From NCBI GenBank assembly GCA_050084515.1, contig CM114271.1:38192001-38256000 (forward strand): a stretch of DNA of 64,000 nt, written 5' to 3'. The first letter of the stretch is position 1, and every line of letters begins with the position of its first letter. The position numbers and the translations under genes were made by a program. Below, piece by piece: positions 1 to 13,790 of the stretch. Under the pieces are notes generated by a model, which saw only the letters and a list, made by a program, of their open reading frames with translations, ran no database searches and was not told the origin of the DNA. The stretch is from Blasia pusilla. Taxonomy: Eukaryota.

Positions 1-1149
1 ATTAAATTTCCTAATGATGCCATTTTTCAACATCCATTGATGCTTATTAGCTGATATTTGTTTGATCTCGAATAGGCCACAGCTAGGGGAGCTCTAAACA
101 TGTCACGACCGGCTTTGGGTCTTCGATGGACAGATACTTGTGGTTCATTTCAAGTGACTTCTTGTAGAAGTTACCAAGGTACATTGCATGCAATACATAT
201 CTGCAAACATAAAAACCAACTCAACGGATTTTGCGGTTAGCAACTTAACACAAATTTGACTCAAACATTAGTATTTGGTTAGACATGAATGGAGAAGGAT
301 ATGATTTCCCACTAACCATCTAGGCTACACGTATCAAAGTTAATGATTATGCACGTTGCAAGATCATCGAGATGCATTTTTAAAATAATAATAAGTAATG
401 ATAATGGAGAGAGAAAAAAAATGATTAGGGACAAGTTAGTATAATTCTCGAGAGAATTGTGAGCACACATTTTTAAGAAAGTATCACAAGACACAAATAA
501 CTGCCCAAGAAATTCAATTACAAAAGGAATAAGTCCATTGGTCACATATCCCACCGCTTAACACAACTTCTTAATTCTTGTTGTTGCATCAACCGCACAA
601 CCTTTACTATGTGTAATTTGACACATGAAGTCTAAACATGTTGGATCAACAACCACTACATAAATCAATAGACAAAAGCCACCTCAATACATAACAAGAT
701 CAACTTTTTGATGGGAGGTTTCTTGTATAGAAGAAGGTAGGATATATATTTGATTTTGCCCACTTGTATATCTTGTAGTACTTGATCATGTCATAGGTTA
801 CCCTTCGTTCTTCATTCTGTGCACATCAAATAATGTGGATACCCTCTATATTAATAGGCTCGCCGCATACACAATTAGGCATGCCTAGAAAAGAAGTATA
901 AGGAAGCCTAAGTTGTAATCATAGAGTTGTTGAGAATATACTATGTGGAACATGAAATGGAAGAATAAGAGGATTTGTAATAAAACATATCCCAATCCTA
1001 TATCCACACAGAAATGCATACGAGTTTGATAAGTGTTATAGGATAGCTTGGAGAGAATGATGGAAAAGTTGATTTGATGCAAATTCTCAAACATAAACTC
1101 TTGAAGCTGATCAAGTTCTTATATAATCAAATAATTTAAATATGATAGA

Positions 1150-2090
1150 ATTTATTTTATAGCAGTGGAAGAAGAGTCATTTCAAATCTTAGTTGTTGTT
1201 GGAATGATAGACGACCCTCCTCTACATGGCCACGTGATCCATCAAGACAGACGCGTCTCCTTGGAGAAATCTTAAAGTAAGAATCAGGGCAACCAAAGCT
1301 CGACCCCCCCCTCCAAAAAAATTTTGGTGCAAATGTGACTAAGGAGGAAAGTCCTAAACCTCCAAAACAAATAGGCAAGATAGTTTATCATGAAGCCAAG
1401 ATACCATTATCTCCCTCAAATGTATTTGGGCTAAGAAGTTCACTAAAAGTTATCAATGTAGAAGTGTCAAAAGAGATCAACTAGTATAAAAAATCTGAAG
1501 TGGAAGGACAAGTGCAAATAAGGTAGGAAGAACGTCGTAGGAAATATTGGAAGGGAATCCCATAAGTCACTCGAGGATCCTATATAGGAGATAACACTTT
1601 AAGTCATTCTTATGGGCCTTAGCCAAAACTTGGATAAATCCTATTGAGATACCAAAAACTCAAATACCTTCAATAAAGATGGTAAGACCATGAGTAGTTG
1701 AGGTAAATGTTTAGGGAAGGCACAAAGGAGATCCTACCCAATATTCACTAGGTTGGATTTTAAGGTGAGCATAACTCCTCGAATATGGTAGCATAAGAAA
1801 TTGAATTGAAAGCCTTAGCTACATCAACTTGAATCATTATCTAATGTGGATGAATATTAAGAGTGGGGCATATAAGTGAAATCACTGCCTCATAACCACT
1901 AGGGTAGCCACTCCAAATTAATGAGGAAATAAGTGGTTGCTAAAGTGATGAAAAAATTGGAACTAATGGAGGGATTAACTAATGAAGTAATGTAAAGCCT
2001 CTCCAATAGCCAAAGAGAAAGCATGTGAAGGAGGCTTTTCCATGGCCAATGAGTGACAAACCTCCAAGAGCCTAAAGATAACAAACCAAA
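1150..2090 (-). mobile_element. Degenerate non-LTR retrotransposon RT region, CRE/R2-like
   Basis: Minus-strand remnants in the expected order: SLAIGEALH (~2000), PH*FGVAT..GYEAVI (~1880-1925), IMIQVDVAKAFNSI (1799-1840), then GGLGL (~1350). Stops and frameshifts throughout. Confidence 0.7.
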
Positions 2091-2568
2091 GACAACTTGT
2101 CATATTATGTGCACACGCCTTATATAAATATGTCTACTTCATATTTGTTCTATTATTATCTCTTTGGGTTCAGGAATGTTAGTGCCCTCCGAGTCCCGTG
2201 AGTTTTTTCCCCTAATTTCTTAAGTCTTTTCAATTCAATCGGAATGTAAGATATAAATATAAACATACCCCTTTTAAAGTATATTTTTAATGGAGATTCC
2301 AAAAAGCGGAACTATAAATTTACAGTGTAAATTGGCCAAGTCAACATGTAATCCCAATTATCCTAATATGAAGGATGCCATATGGATCCCATGTGTTTTA
2401 TTTTAACTAGTTTGCCCCCATGGCAAAGGAGCATCAAAGTGATTTTGAGTAGAAAGTAAAAGCTGTCACGAGAGTTTTGAGGGGATAATACATCTAAGAT
2501 TAGGCCCAAGGATTAGACAAGATGCGTGTGACATTATTTTAGGTGGCATGTTAAGAAGAGATGGAGCA

Positions 2569-2820
2569 TATCACGTGAATAGACATCGCTGCCAACATAT
2601 ATCGGATGTCATGCACACAAGTCTAAGATCCATCTAACTCTGAATCCTAACATATCTACACGTGAATGGCTGAACAATCCCAATTGCTCCCCTAGCTGGT
2701 GGTTAGGTTCCTCTAACTCCATATAACCTACAAAACAAGTCTAAATGCTATGCACCTGTTTGGTGTTAAGATCAGGAGGTCGGATGTTATGTCGCCTTCA
2801 TCGTTAGTCTTCTCACTTTT
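2569..2820 (-). mobile_element. Remnant 3' end (PPT plus B-like repeat) of the split-repeat Ty3 family
   Basis: ~2684-2720 is the reverse complement of GGAGTTAGAGGAACCTAACCACCAGCTAGGGGAGCA, matching the pre-PPT/PPT at 52641-52677 and 35729-35765. 2584-2610 resembles repeat B' (CATCGCT...AACATA.ATCGG). Confidence 0.6.
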
Positions 2821-5800
2821 CCAAACAAGGGCATTAGAACTTAAGTTTTGATGCCTCGCATAACAACTCCAATGCTACTCTCCTGCCCTTTCCACACATG
2901 TGACCTGATCTTCTTAGGGAATCTATGTTGTTGTGGGAATATTTTTGGAATCTTTATCAAACGAGTTTCGTTTCTAGTGTCGTTTTCATAGTCAGACTCA
3001 ATTTTTTGCACTTGTTCCAAAAATTTTGTTGTTCTCAAAGTCATGCAAAATACAACATAATTATGCCCATCTTACTTTCGCTCCTTTCTTGATTATCTTC
3101 TTGACCGACTTTCATCCAATTTGGTCCAAAATCATGCGAGTCCCACTCAAAATCAGCAACAAAGTGCCCACGCACTTGCTCACTTGCCCACATTCAACCT
3201 TGTGCAATTGACATTGATTTCCTCGCCAAAATTGTCTAAGGAACTCCGTCCCTACAATATGATCCACATTCGCTACACTCTTGAGAAACTCTATCAGAAT
3301 TGAGAAGCTTCCCCCCCTTTGATTCTTGTCAAATTTTCTGCATCTCACAGATTTCACAATTTTGAAGATCGGACTTCGATTTCAGCAATTCTTCTGCCCC
3401 ATGTTCTCCCACATGGTTAGAATATACTCGCTTGCAATTCCTGCAAACCCACGACATCTCTCGTGTGCTCTACAATTTAAATTGATCTAACTTTCTTTTG
3501 CAATTGAGAAGCAATGCGCATCTTCCTTAAGACATAAAGTTGACATGAAATGTGAAACTAGATCAAACTTGCAATATGCTATGCTTCATCTACACATTCA
3601 CTCAATGATATACACTTCGGTAAAAGTAGGTGAAAATATGCAAATAAAGTTTCAATGTGTGTGATCTTCAATCAATTCTAGTCCACTCTTCAAGAGAGAA
3701 TCCACGCTCAATACATGCAAAGTGCATTGTATCACGGATCCCAACATGGGTTTGATCCTAGGGAAGATGAGTTTTGAATGAGCTTCCTCCGAGGTAAATC
3801 CCCCATGGGTGACTCGTACACACAAGTAACCTCATTCTAGCAAATTACTAACGACCTGGAGTACACAAGGTACTAACTCCCTAACAAGTGCATACGTGGT
3901 CCTCTCATGAGACCAACTACCAACTAACCCTTGACCTTATAGGCCCAAATGACTCCACACAAGGGTGGGAGGGTCAATCTCTCTGAGGTTGCCACTCTTC
4001 AGAAATGAAGGATGACCTACACTCGTAGGTCATTTCCTAAGAGTAGGTCACATATGGCCTCTCAAAATAGGGAAGTACAAGACCCCTCTAAGGCCTCGAT
4101 ACTATTTCACCTTACGTCTCATCTACCATGACAAGCAATAAGAGAGTCCCAAATCCATTTGGGACTATAAGAATCTCCTCTCCTATAGTTTATTATGGGA
4201 GACTAATGTAAGGAGTAAGGACATCCATACATTTTAGATGTCCTTTAAATTTATACTTGATCTTTGTATTTTAGCATACCCCAAAATTATTTTTAGGGAA
4301 GGGAAGAGGGACAGAGACTATGCCTTGCACCAACGAGCAAGGTGCATGGACTCGAAAGTCCATGCACATTGCTCGTTAATGGTAGGTGTTACTTCAAAAT
4401 TTACATTAATGCCTCTACTCTAAGAGCTAGATCCCTTGAGCACATGAATTCGTGTTGTCCTCGTGATCATGATGGTCCTCAAAATTTTTGGGCGCAAAAA
4501 ATGTCTAGCATCATGGCCACCTTAGACAATTGGATGACGTACTTCTCTATTAGACTTTTTTTTAATCGGTTGGTAAACTCTTTTATCTCGATACAACAAG
4601 GTCTCTACCTCAACTACGGCCCTAAACAATCCGAATTCCGTTTTCTAAGTCCAATCTTACTACCAAGGTCCAGATTTTGGATGCAGTTTGGACATTCGTA
4701 ACACTACCCAAACCCCCTCACGAGGCGGCCCTCCCAAAGCTTCGTCTATCCCGAAAGCTATAATTTTGGCCACGGTCAAAGAGGATGTTGAAAAACTAGA
4801 ATTTATTCTCACATGGAAGGCCTTCAAGTGTACAACAACGTAACTAAGTTCATGAAGACCCTTGCAAGTTCTGCCTATTTTTTTCCTTCCCTCATTCATC
4901 TAGCCTATCCAAGTGTCCAACACATGTTCTTAAAATGATTTCTTTGACCCTCACAAGTTCTGCCTATTTAGCCTATCCACATGTCCTATATATGTTTTTA
5001 GAATGACTTTCTCAGCACCCCTTCAGGGTCGCACACTGGATGGCATCAGGGGCTGGCTGACTATAGAAGGTCGGGTCCCATTTGAAGATCTCCATCCATC
5101 CGTCCGTCCGTCTTCCAGAATTAGAGTCCCGAGCTGCGAGTCCCGAGGTCTGGCTAAGGATTGTCGCTACTTCACTTGCGGCGCTCCTCTTCAGGAGTCA
5201 GGACGTTCGTCAGGGTTCAGGACGAACAATCGGGAGTAGAGGCTGCGGGTCCACCTTTAAGGTAAAGTTTTTAGAGTAAATAAAATAGACATGCATGCAT
5301 GACCTCATCGTTCTCATGTGGCATGTTGCGCGAGGGGATACTTGTTGTTGTTTGTGTGACGTGGGGTGGGGTGCGGTCCTGTCGCGCTTCCGGATCCGCA
5401 ACCGGCGGTTCATTTCACCTCATTACGTTTTCTTCTGCCCGAAATTCCAAACTCCAGGGTCTGGGCAGGCCGGTGTCTCTCGAGCATCTTCAGCATCTGA
5501 CCGGGCCGGGCCGGTGCCTACCGGATCCGAAATACGACTGCGGGCAGAGAGTCGCGGAGTTTCGCATTGAGCGTGGCGGGCTGCGAGAGGCGTGACTGGA
5601 CTCCTGGAGGGTGCTTAGTAAGGGCCGCACTGCCGTGGGCATCTTACGCCGTGTTGGGCCACTTCTAGCGGTGCTGCTTGCGGGCGTAGGAATTGCATAA
5701 TTAGGGCGAGGTAGCACGACTTCGCCCCTCGACAACCTGATCCCGCCGGCAGATCCTCCGCGCGATGGGATGGAGTATTATATCCGTCGGCGCTCGTGAC

Positions 5801-6497
5801 CAGGCACCATTCCCTCCCCGCGTCTCCCTCCGCACGACGCCCGCGCCTTGGAATGCTGGTCGTGCGCACGTGATGGTGGGTCGCTGTCGCGGCCGGTGTG
5901 CGCTCGAGGGCCAAGTTCACTGTCGCCACACCCTTCCCTCACACTCTCTCTCTCGTAGCCCGCTTGCACATCTCTCTTTACGTCGTGTCTCGCACCCCCG
6001 CTCCGCCCAGGCAGGGGCCTTGGCTTGCTGGCCGGTCCTCGCCAGAGATGCTGGATCGCGTAGGTGCTATGGTTCATGTCGGTGTGGATCCCCCGATTTC
6101 ATGAGCTCTGGGATCAGGATTTCCGCAGTCGGGATCCCCCATGTTTGCTGACTACGGACTCTTGTAATTTGTGGATCGTCGTAGTCCTTCCGCTGCCGAA
6201 AGACATTTGGTCGTTCTTTGTGCCCGCCCCGTCCCTGTGTATGTCTCCAGCGGCTTCATGCGCACCCATTCTTTTCGTTCTCGTCGTCGCGACTGCGTTT
6301 CCCAATTTCCCATGAAGTGCAGCTCTTCTCGCATGATTCGTCAGCCGCTGTCTTCCCTGATGGGAGCCATCCGGGAAATCTCGGCTGGAGGGCGATGCAT
6401 GGCAGCTTAGAGATTTCTTCTTCGCCGTGTATCAGCCCTGGCGAAGGATACGGAGCCCGAGGGGTCGGGGGCCGTGTGGGCAGGGCCGAGGCGTGGG

Positions 6498-8939
6498 ATG
6501 TTGCTCGAGACCGCCTTGGCAGATTTCTCAGCTGAGGATTCACCAGGTCTCGGGCAACCTGGACCTGCGTCGTTTTCATGGGAAGCTATGCCCGCAGTAG
6601 CCAAGTCCCCAGCCGCGAGCGGAGTACGCTTTGGTCCCGTTGTCGCACCCCCCGGCATGGTGCCACTGGCCAGTCACCCCGATGTGCAAGTCCTCAGGCC
6701 TTCACCAAGCAGGCAATTCTCCGGCGAGCTGACGCGTTCTGGACGTCCCCGACTCCCCTACAACGTGAGCAAACTGTCTGAGACGCCGATGTCACTGGGC
6801 AGGTCGTTAAGCGATGTCATCTGCGCTTACCGCGCTCTGAGCTTCGGCGCGGACGAGATTCGGCTGCAGAAAAAAACGAGTCCTCTTCCCGAAGACGGGA
6901 CATCGCCTTTCTCGCGGGAGGAGCCGCGCGGTAAACCGAAATCGGAAGCCGCCCGAGTCAGGAGCATCGGCAGGCGCCCTCTCCAACCTCCTCCCGTCCG
7001 CTTAACGTCGGTCAAAGACTGGCATCAAGCTGAATGCTCTGATTCATCTAGCCCTGGATCGATCCAATCCTCGGGTCACTCCTTCTCCAGCAAAGGAGTG
7101 CAAGGGAGGTCGTCGGATTCGTTGTCGCCTGGGTCCTCGTTCCGGTACGAGCAGAGCGGCAGCAGCATCAAGCATCAACTGAAGGCTCACCCAGGCGATG
7201 TGGTCCGCATGTCGAGAATCGGATCGGAGCAGGCGACAAATCATCACAGTCGCAACGACTCGTCATGTAGTATAGATTCGGAGTACAAGTTCTATGACGA
7301 GGAGTCCCCGGTGAGCATTCTCGAATGTCTGCCCAGCCCGCCTCTGAACTCGAACGCTTTGAGTCGTGGATCGCCTCTCCAGGCGCATCCCAACTCTTCT
7401 GCCTCGTCTTCACCTGCTACCTACTCTTCGGCGGAGACTTCGTCTCAACTGTCCATCTCGTCCCCGACTTCGTCTCGCGGCGCTCTCCGATGTTTGCCGA
7501 GCTTCCATTCGGCGTCCCTGCATTCCTCTGCTCCGCCGGCGAGCACGAGTTCCTCTTCCAATTTCATGGCCAGCTGCCTCGTGGCTCTGGAGGTAGCTCT
7601 GGCCAGCAATCGAGACGATGGCGAGGTCGATCCCCACGAGAGTTGTCTCAACTCACTCCGACATCCGGACGTAGATGACGATTCCCCCAGCTCTCGGCCC
7701 TACTACGAGTCGGCTTCTCGCCATCGCTGGTCGGGCAACCAGTCCCATCTGGAACCGGAGTACCACACCATGGATTTCTACAGCGACCGCGCAGACGATC
7801 GGTACAGGCTGAGCTCGGGCTTCACGTCAGGATCTTCACGCAGCCACTCGTTGGGCAGAAGCTCGCCAGTGAGCGACGGCTCGAGCTCGCCCCGCAGCTT
7901 CGTGTCTTCGCGCAGCGGCCTGTCCAGGCTCACTTTTCGCAGGCCCAGAGGCTCTCGGAGGAGCGCTGACGAGTACACTTCGCAGGATAGAGAGCTGTTG
8001 CAGCTCCATCGTGACTCTTGGGTTCATCAGCCCGACGATTCCTGCAGCATTGTGGACAGCGAGCGAAGTGTACAGATTGGCATCGGCAGACATCGGGAGG
8101 TTTACTGGGACGACCAGCAATCGGATCTCGCCTCCGATAGAGCAGAGGAGGTGGTGCGCGGGGCTGTGGATGGGCTGCGCTTTACTTACTCTCCGGTCTC
8201 CTCGGCATTTGTGTTCACGAGGCCGAGCGATGTTTCAAATGGAGGCGAGCCCGAAATTCCCCCCGTCCGCTGCGCCTCTCCTCCCAACACCGTTGACACT
8301 GAGATTTCCCAAAGGTTTTCCATATCTCTCGACTACGCGACCTCCATCTGCAGCGAGGACTCGCTGCCGTACTCGATGGGGCGAGCCTCGGACGTGACTG
8401 AACTCGGAATCTCTCGTGCGGAGTCCTGGAGTAAGGTGGTCCGAGGTGCTCCCGCCGATCTCCCGCACCAAGCAGGTCCGTCCGGGCTTCTAGAGCGTGG
8501 AGTGTCCTACGTCGTCGAGGAAGAGAGCGGATGCGACGATGCAGAGTACGGTGGAAACCATCTTGCCGATTGTACAATTCCCCCACGGCTTCCAAAGCGG
8601 CGTTCGAAGAAGTCGGGAATGGCGACTTGTCTGGTAAGCTCTTGCATGCCATCGGTCCTTCGGATTCGCAGCATTTGTCTCATCGCGGACCTTGCATTAT
8701 TCGACGCCCCACTCCTCCGCTTCTCAGGTGCTTTGATCCTAAAATTATCTCCGGATGCAGCTTTATTGATGTTCGACTGTCCCCTGCAGAGCTTCAAATT
8801 CGTGGTACTCCAGCCATTCCGATCCATCCTCAGAAACGTCAAGGCCATGAGTCCCGGCCGCTCACGCCTTGGACCCCCGTGCGAGTGCGGCCGGCAGCGG
8901 CAGCCTAATTGGAATTCACAATCTGGCAGAATCCTGTAA
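6498..8939 (+). CDS. Ser-rich, probably disordered protein of unknown function (about 760 aa if 8634-8789 is spliced, about 813 aa if retained)
   Basis: 2.4-kb stop-free GC-rich ORF with first ATG at 6498 (next at 6588). Candidate intron GTAAGC...CCCCTGCAG at 8634-8789. No domain recognised. Confidence 0.7.
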   Translation: MLLETALADFSAEDSPGLGQPGPASFSWEAMPAVAKSPAASGVRFGPVVAPPGMVPLASHPDVQVLRPSPSRQFSGELTRSGRPRLPYNVSKLSETPMSLGRSLSDVICAYRALSFGADEIRLQKKTSPLPEDGTSPFSREEPRGKPKSEAARVRSIGRRPLQPPPVRLTSVKDWHQAECSDSSSPGSIQSSGHSFSSKGVQGRSSDSLSPGSSFRYEQSGSSIKHQLKAHPGDVVRMSRIGSEQATNHHSRNDSSCSIDSEYKFYDEESPVSILECLPSPPLNSNALSRGSPLQAHPNSSASSSPATYSSAETSSQLSISSPTSSRGALRCLPSFHSASLHSSAPPASTSSSSNFMASCLVALEVALASNRDDGEVDPHESCLNSLRHPDVDDDSPSSRPYYESASRHRWSGNQSHLEPEYHTMDFYSDRADDRYRLSSGFTSGSSRSHSLGRSSPVSDGSSSPRSFVSSRSGLSRLTFRRPRGSRRSADEYTSQDRELLQLHRDSWVHQPDDSCSIVDSERSVQIGIGRHREVYWDDQQSDLASDRAEEVVRGAVDGLRFTYSPVSSAFVFTRPSDVSNGGEPEIPPVRCASPPNTVDTEISQRFSISLDYATSICSEDSLPYSMGRASDVTELGISRAESWSKVVRGAPADLPHQAGPSGLLERGVSYVVEEESGCDDAEYGGNHLADCTIPPRLPKRRSKKSGMATCLVSSCMPSVLRIRSICLIADLALFDAPLLRFSGALILKLSPDAALLMFDCPLQSFKFVVLQPFRSILRNVKAMSPGRSRLGPPCECGRQRQPNWNSQSGRIL

Positions 8940-11900
8940 TTGTTCTTTCATCATGAGTGGAATGTACAGTAAGGTGCGTGCCGTCCCGTTCCTCCATGGA
9001 CAATTACCGGACGCAATGTCTGTTTTCGTGTGAATTCCACTGGTCCCCTTGCAGCTCACCTATTCAACTTCCGCACAGGACTCCATCCCTCTATTAACAT
9101 CGTCCTGTTCGTTGCGCTTGCAGACATGCGTCCTCGTCCTCATTTGGGAAGCAGACCACGTGCGACCTGCAATCTGTGGTCTTGCAGTGATCTGGCCTCG
9201 CGGTTCTCTCAAGTCTCTCCGCCCTCGCTCGGACTCGGACCGGGATTCTTAGTCCTCGAGCCTTAGTTCCTAACTGATAACAATATCGTGACCTGCATGG
9301 AACGGGTGATCGCCGGGACGGCTTTCCAGATCTACGTAGAACGGAGAAATCATAAGTCGCCTTGGTTTATGACCTTTTGTAGAGCGAAACCACGAGTGCT
9401 GAGGTCCGAACAGAGACTTGTTCTGGCACGGGGTGCTGCCATCAATGGTTCAGGCCTGTGGAATCAATTGCCAGAGTGCAGTTTTGTTCTATGGTTGCAG
9501 CGCTCTCTGCTGGAGTACAGTTTTGTATGTATCAGTCATGTAAGTAATACCTGTTTCTCAGAATCTCTTGTGTCAATAACAGAGTCTTGTGGGATCACTT
9601 TCGGAGCACTGATCTAGTTGCTTATCCTGGGAACAGCGCCGGCGAAACGCGAGTTTTCATCGTGATTCAGATTGATTACGCGTTCGTGATAGTTGTATAG
9701 ATAGATAGATGGTAAGTGAACACGCTTCCGAGCACTCACTGGTCGCAGGTCCACAATCAAATCGTCTCGTCACGGGCGACGCTGCACCGGAGTCGATCTT
9801 CCATCTGCAACTCCGCGCCGTTGCCTGAAATGGATTGTCAGGAAGCGGCGCCTCAGCCTCTTCTGTTCCGTGAACTCGGCAGAAATATTGCATGCAAGGA
9901 AGAAAGCACTTGTCTACAAAATCTAGCCACCACTGCTGTTTGTCAGTTCGTCGCATCTCGTGGCCGAACAGTCTTCGGAGAAGCGAAACGAAAATGGGCA
10001 AAAGTAGGGATCTCGATCACTTTAAATTTCTGAAACTACAAAGTGGGAAGAGTAACAAGAAAAAACGACCTCATCTGAAGTTAGAATTGTATCAGAACTT
10101 CTTTGAAAGAAAAATTGCACAACGCTCAAGTGAGACGTGTTCTGAACAAATGTGTCGGAGACTGCGATCATAATTATATCAACACAAACTCATAACGTCC
10201 ATCGCCCAGAAACGTAATCGAACGCCAAGTAATGCTAGGAAAATAAACCTAGTCACATCAGCATCTCTGGTCGATGGAAGAAACGACCATAAACACAGCA
10301 TCGTCTGTGCGAAGTAACGTAGATTTCGAAATGTGACATGGAAATACTCACGTCTATGCAAAGGATAATTAAATCACTACAATCATTCACAACACCGTGC
10401 TAATATGAAACTTACCCACGTAAAACATCGGCGAATATTTAACTTGACTGAAAGTGGTAGTTGGTAAAGATCCGTATAATTGCAACCATTCCACTAGTTA
10501 ACAACATAGTCATACAAAATACAAAATAATGATTGTTAGATAATAATTGTTCATTCAAATAATCATAACAATATTAACTATAATTAAAATTAAAAGTCTC
10601 TCGAATAGACAAAGGAAAGGTTATTTAAAAGTACACATCTATGCATAGTTAAGAAAAGAAAACTCATGCCTCTCTCTCAAAAGAACCTCATACATAATAA
10701 AAAAAAGGAAAAAACACACTTGTCTATTTCGGAAAAGTGCCAAACTCACCCTCGAGCCTCGCATGTTCCCGAAATATATGTACCCATTCCATCTTACGCC
10801 ACCACTTTCTTTACATCTCCAAATTTACTCCTAAGTTTATCTCACCTCACAATGATGAATTTGTTAATGTAAGGACAAGACTCGAGAGTCCATATATGTG
10901 TACCATGATTGTAACTAGGGTCTCATTTTACTTACTCAATGTTTCTATATTCATGGTTCATTCATGCCTTCCTTCAGTTCATGTGCTCCATCATTACCAT
11001 TTGAAGGGTTTTAGTCAAAGGTAATCATAATAATCCTCCTAGAATTTCAAAAATGTAATGCAATGACATAATGCCTAGGGAAGGAGGGAGGACGTATATT
11101 TATATCATGTAAACTAGCTTAGGGATTTCAAATGTTCATTATCGTCTCGTAAACAAGGGCTTTCAAATCACTACTTCAGTTTTTTTTCCATTAATTTATA
11201 TGCTAAATGGAGGACACAGTCATTATTTTTAGCTGCTCCTCCGTTTGACAGGTGTCCATGGGTGTTTCTAAAAAATACTTTTGGTCATGCTAATTGGGAT
11301 TCATGTTTTATTAATTGAGGTTGCATTGAAACATAACATTATTAAACGGAGATGGGAATCCGTGCATCGTATCGATTCTTACTAGTAATATCAAAGTCTA
11401 GTTCTTTAGTTGAGTTTGTGCTTAACACCTTTAAATTAATTCATACTAGTAAGGGTGATGTAAATACCCTTATCACTTATCTTTATGTTTTCATACCTAA
11501 GTAAATAATCACAATTGGAATATGTAATTTTTAAAAAGACACACATCATCGTGAAGAATCAGATACATTAAACGTCAAATTACTATATAGAGTTGTCCTA
11601 TATGTAGACCATATTTACACAATTCCTCTCTGGTTCATGACTTCCTTAAATATTTTTATTGGGATCAAATGACATAAAAATTTAAGAATTATCTCATTGA
11701 AATATTTTTGGATGTAATAGTTTGATTTCCCATTTAATAGGGGCTAAAATAGTCTATGAATGTCATATGTTTTTTTCCTCAAAATAAAAATGATAAAATT
11801 AAAAAATGAATAGATATTATTTTCAACAAGAAATTAAAAATTACTTGTGTTGGGTGTTAATGATATGCTAAGTGCTAACCAAAATAATAATTTTTTAGAA

Positions 11901-13229
11901 GGGAAAAGATTGATTTTTTTGGATGAGAGGAAAAGAAACAAAATCAAATTTTCTTTCAATAAAAAAGGGTTTTAAAATTCGATTTAATAGGGTTGAAATT
12001 TAATTTAAAAACTTTCATAAAAATGCATATCACCATAATATTGATATGAGATACTGATTGGGATATTTAACCAAGGATATATGAACGTACTTGATAAAAC
12101 CAAACTAAGATCTAAGATTACAATGTTATGATTATCTTGATTGAGTGGATGAAATTAAACATGAGTATGGAATATGTGTGGTGATATCTTGATTCAACAT
12201 GGATATATTAATGAGTTGAACCAGAAAGTATGTGAGGGAAATTCCCGATTAGCATTAAAAGATAGAAAGATGGTCCAAGGACCAAGCTTATGACCAATGC
12301 AAATCTGACATGCATGAACCAAAAGACTTTTTGAGGTTACTCTAATAAGAAAAAAGATATGTTATTGTGTTGTAAATTGGCGGTGCCACGTTGTAAAATC
12401 TAGGGATATTTGTGTATGATGTTGTGGACGTCGTAAACGTTGTGTATATTTCGGTTTTGGGTTTACAAGTGTCTCATGTCTTGTAGAACGTTGTGAAAAT
12501 AACGGAGGGAATTCCCCCCCTTACCCCTTCTTTTCTTGCCATTTTTTTTCTCATTTTCTTGCGGAATTTTCCTTCCATCATTTTGTTTCGATTATCAAGT
12601 CTTTTTTTTTCCCATAGGTATAGAGGTTTGGAAGGAATCCAACGGTGAAGGAGATCAAGAAGGCAAAGATGGAGTCCCTAAGGCTTCTTTTTCAGCAATT
12701 GGAGGATTTGGAGTGAGGGATGAGTTTCAATCCTCCTTTTGCATTGTAAAACTTCCCATTTGTGATGTGACCAAATGAATCTTCTTCTTGTATTATATAT
12801 AATAGGTTCTAGTTCCAAAGAGTATACAAGAGAACTCCACACAAGGATCCAGTCAGGTATGGTGAGTTGCTCCTAATTCAGTGAGCTCGGAAATACTCCC
12901 TAACCCAAGTGTTGGTGCATCCAATACTTGCTCGCATTGCAATAGCATCCAAATAATGATTTGGCAAGTGATGGGGAGGAGGAGGATGATAGTGGTGAGG
13001 TCTGTCCCAAATCATAATTCAACTCCTTTGTGTCCGCACCCTTACTATCACCATGTAGTGATAGTCATATTAGTGGCCGTAGTGGTAGACCGCGTGGAGA
13101 GTTAACACGTCCATGATGTAGATCTAGGGATAGGAGTACTTTTACATACTGTGACCTCTTTATAAAAAGTATTCACCAATTTTGTGTATACCTTTTTGGG
13201 GAATAAAAGTGAGTATTTTATTTCATGGA

Positions 13230-13790
13230 ATTCCAATTTTCATAATTTTGTGACCTTTACCACTACATGAACTAGGTAAATACAAATTTCCTCTTGTATT
13301 GGGAAAATTACCATTCCCTCCAATGGGTAAACATAATTTACCATTCTTTGTGATGGGAAAATTACCATGTCCTCCAAGGGGTGACAGAATTTACCACCCT
13401 TGGAAATGGATAAATTAATCAATGAAGTAAATGGTGTTCTTTCAATTTAGTAATTTAGTAGTGTCTAGTAGGGGTGGTAATGTTCTAGTAACATTTTCAC
13501 CCCTTGAAGGTGGTAATATATTTCTATCACCTTTGGGAAGAGGCAACTTTATCACTCTTATACATAGGTAAATTTTTTCCACCTTAGTTTTGTAGTACTT
13601 TACCTCCACTAAGGGATGATAAAACTATTATTACCACCATGAGATGTTGTAATTTACTACATTTGATAGGTGGTAAACGATGACATTTTTTCCTCATTCT
13701 CGGGGTGATAATTTGTACGACATGTGAGCAGTGGTAAAATAAAACGCTACATTTTGATGGTTTTGGGTGGTTATTTACCACCCCTTAGGG
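13230..13790. repeat. Cluster of short AATTTACCACCC-like repeats in both orientations, resembling a DNA-transposon subterminal region
   Basis: GGGAAAATTACCAT at 13301 and 13354, AATTTACCACCC at 13388, TTTACCACCCC at 13774, and the reverse form GGTGGTAA at ~13473, ~13509 and ~13669. Confidence 0.5.
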
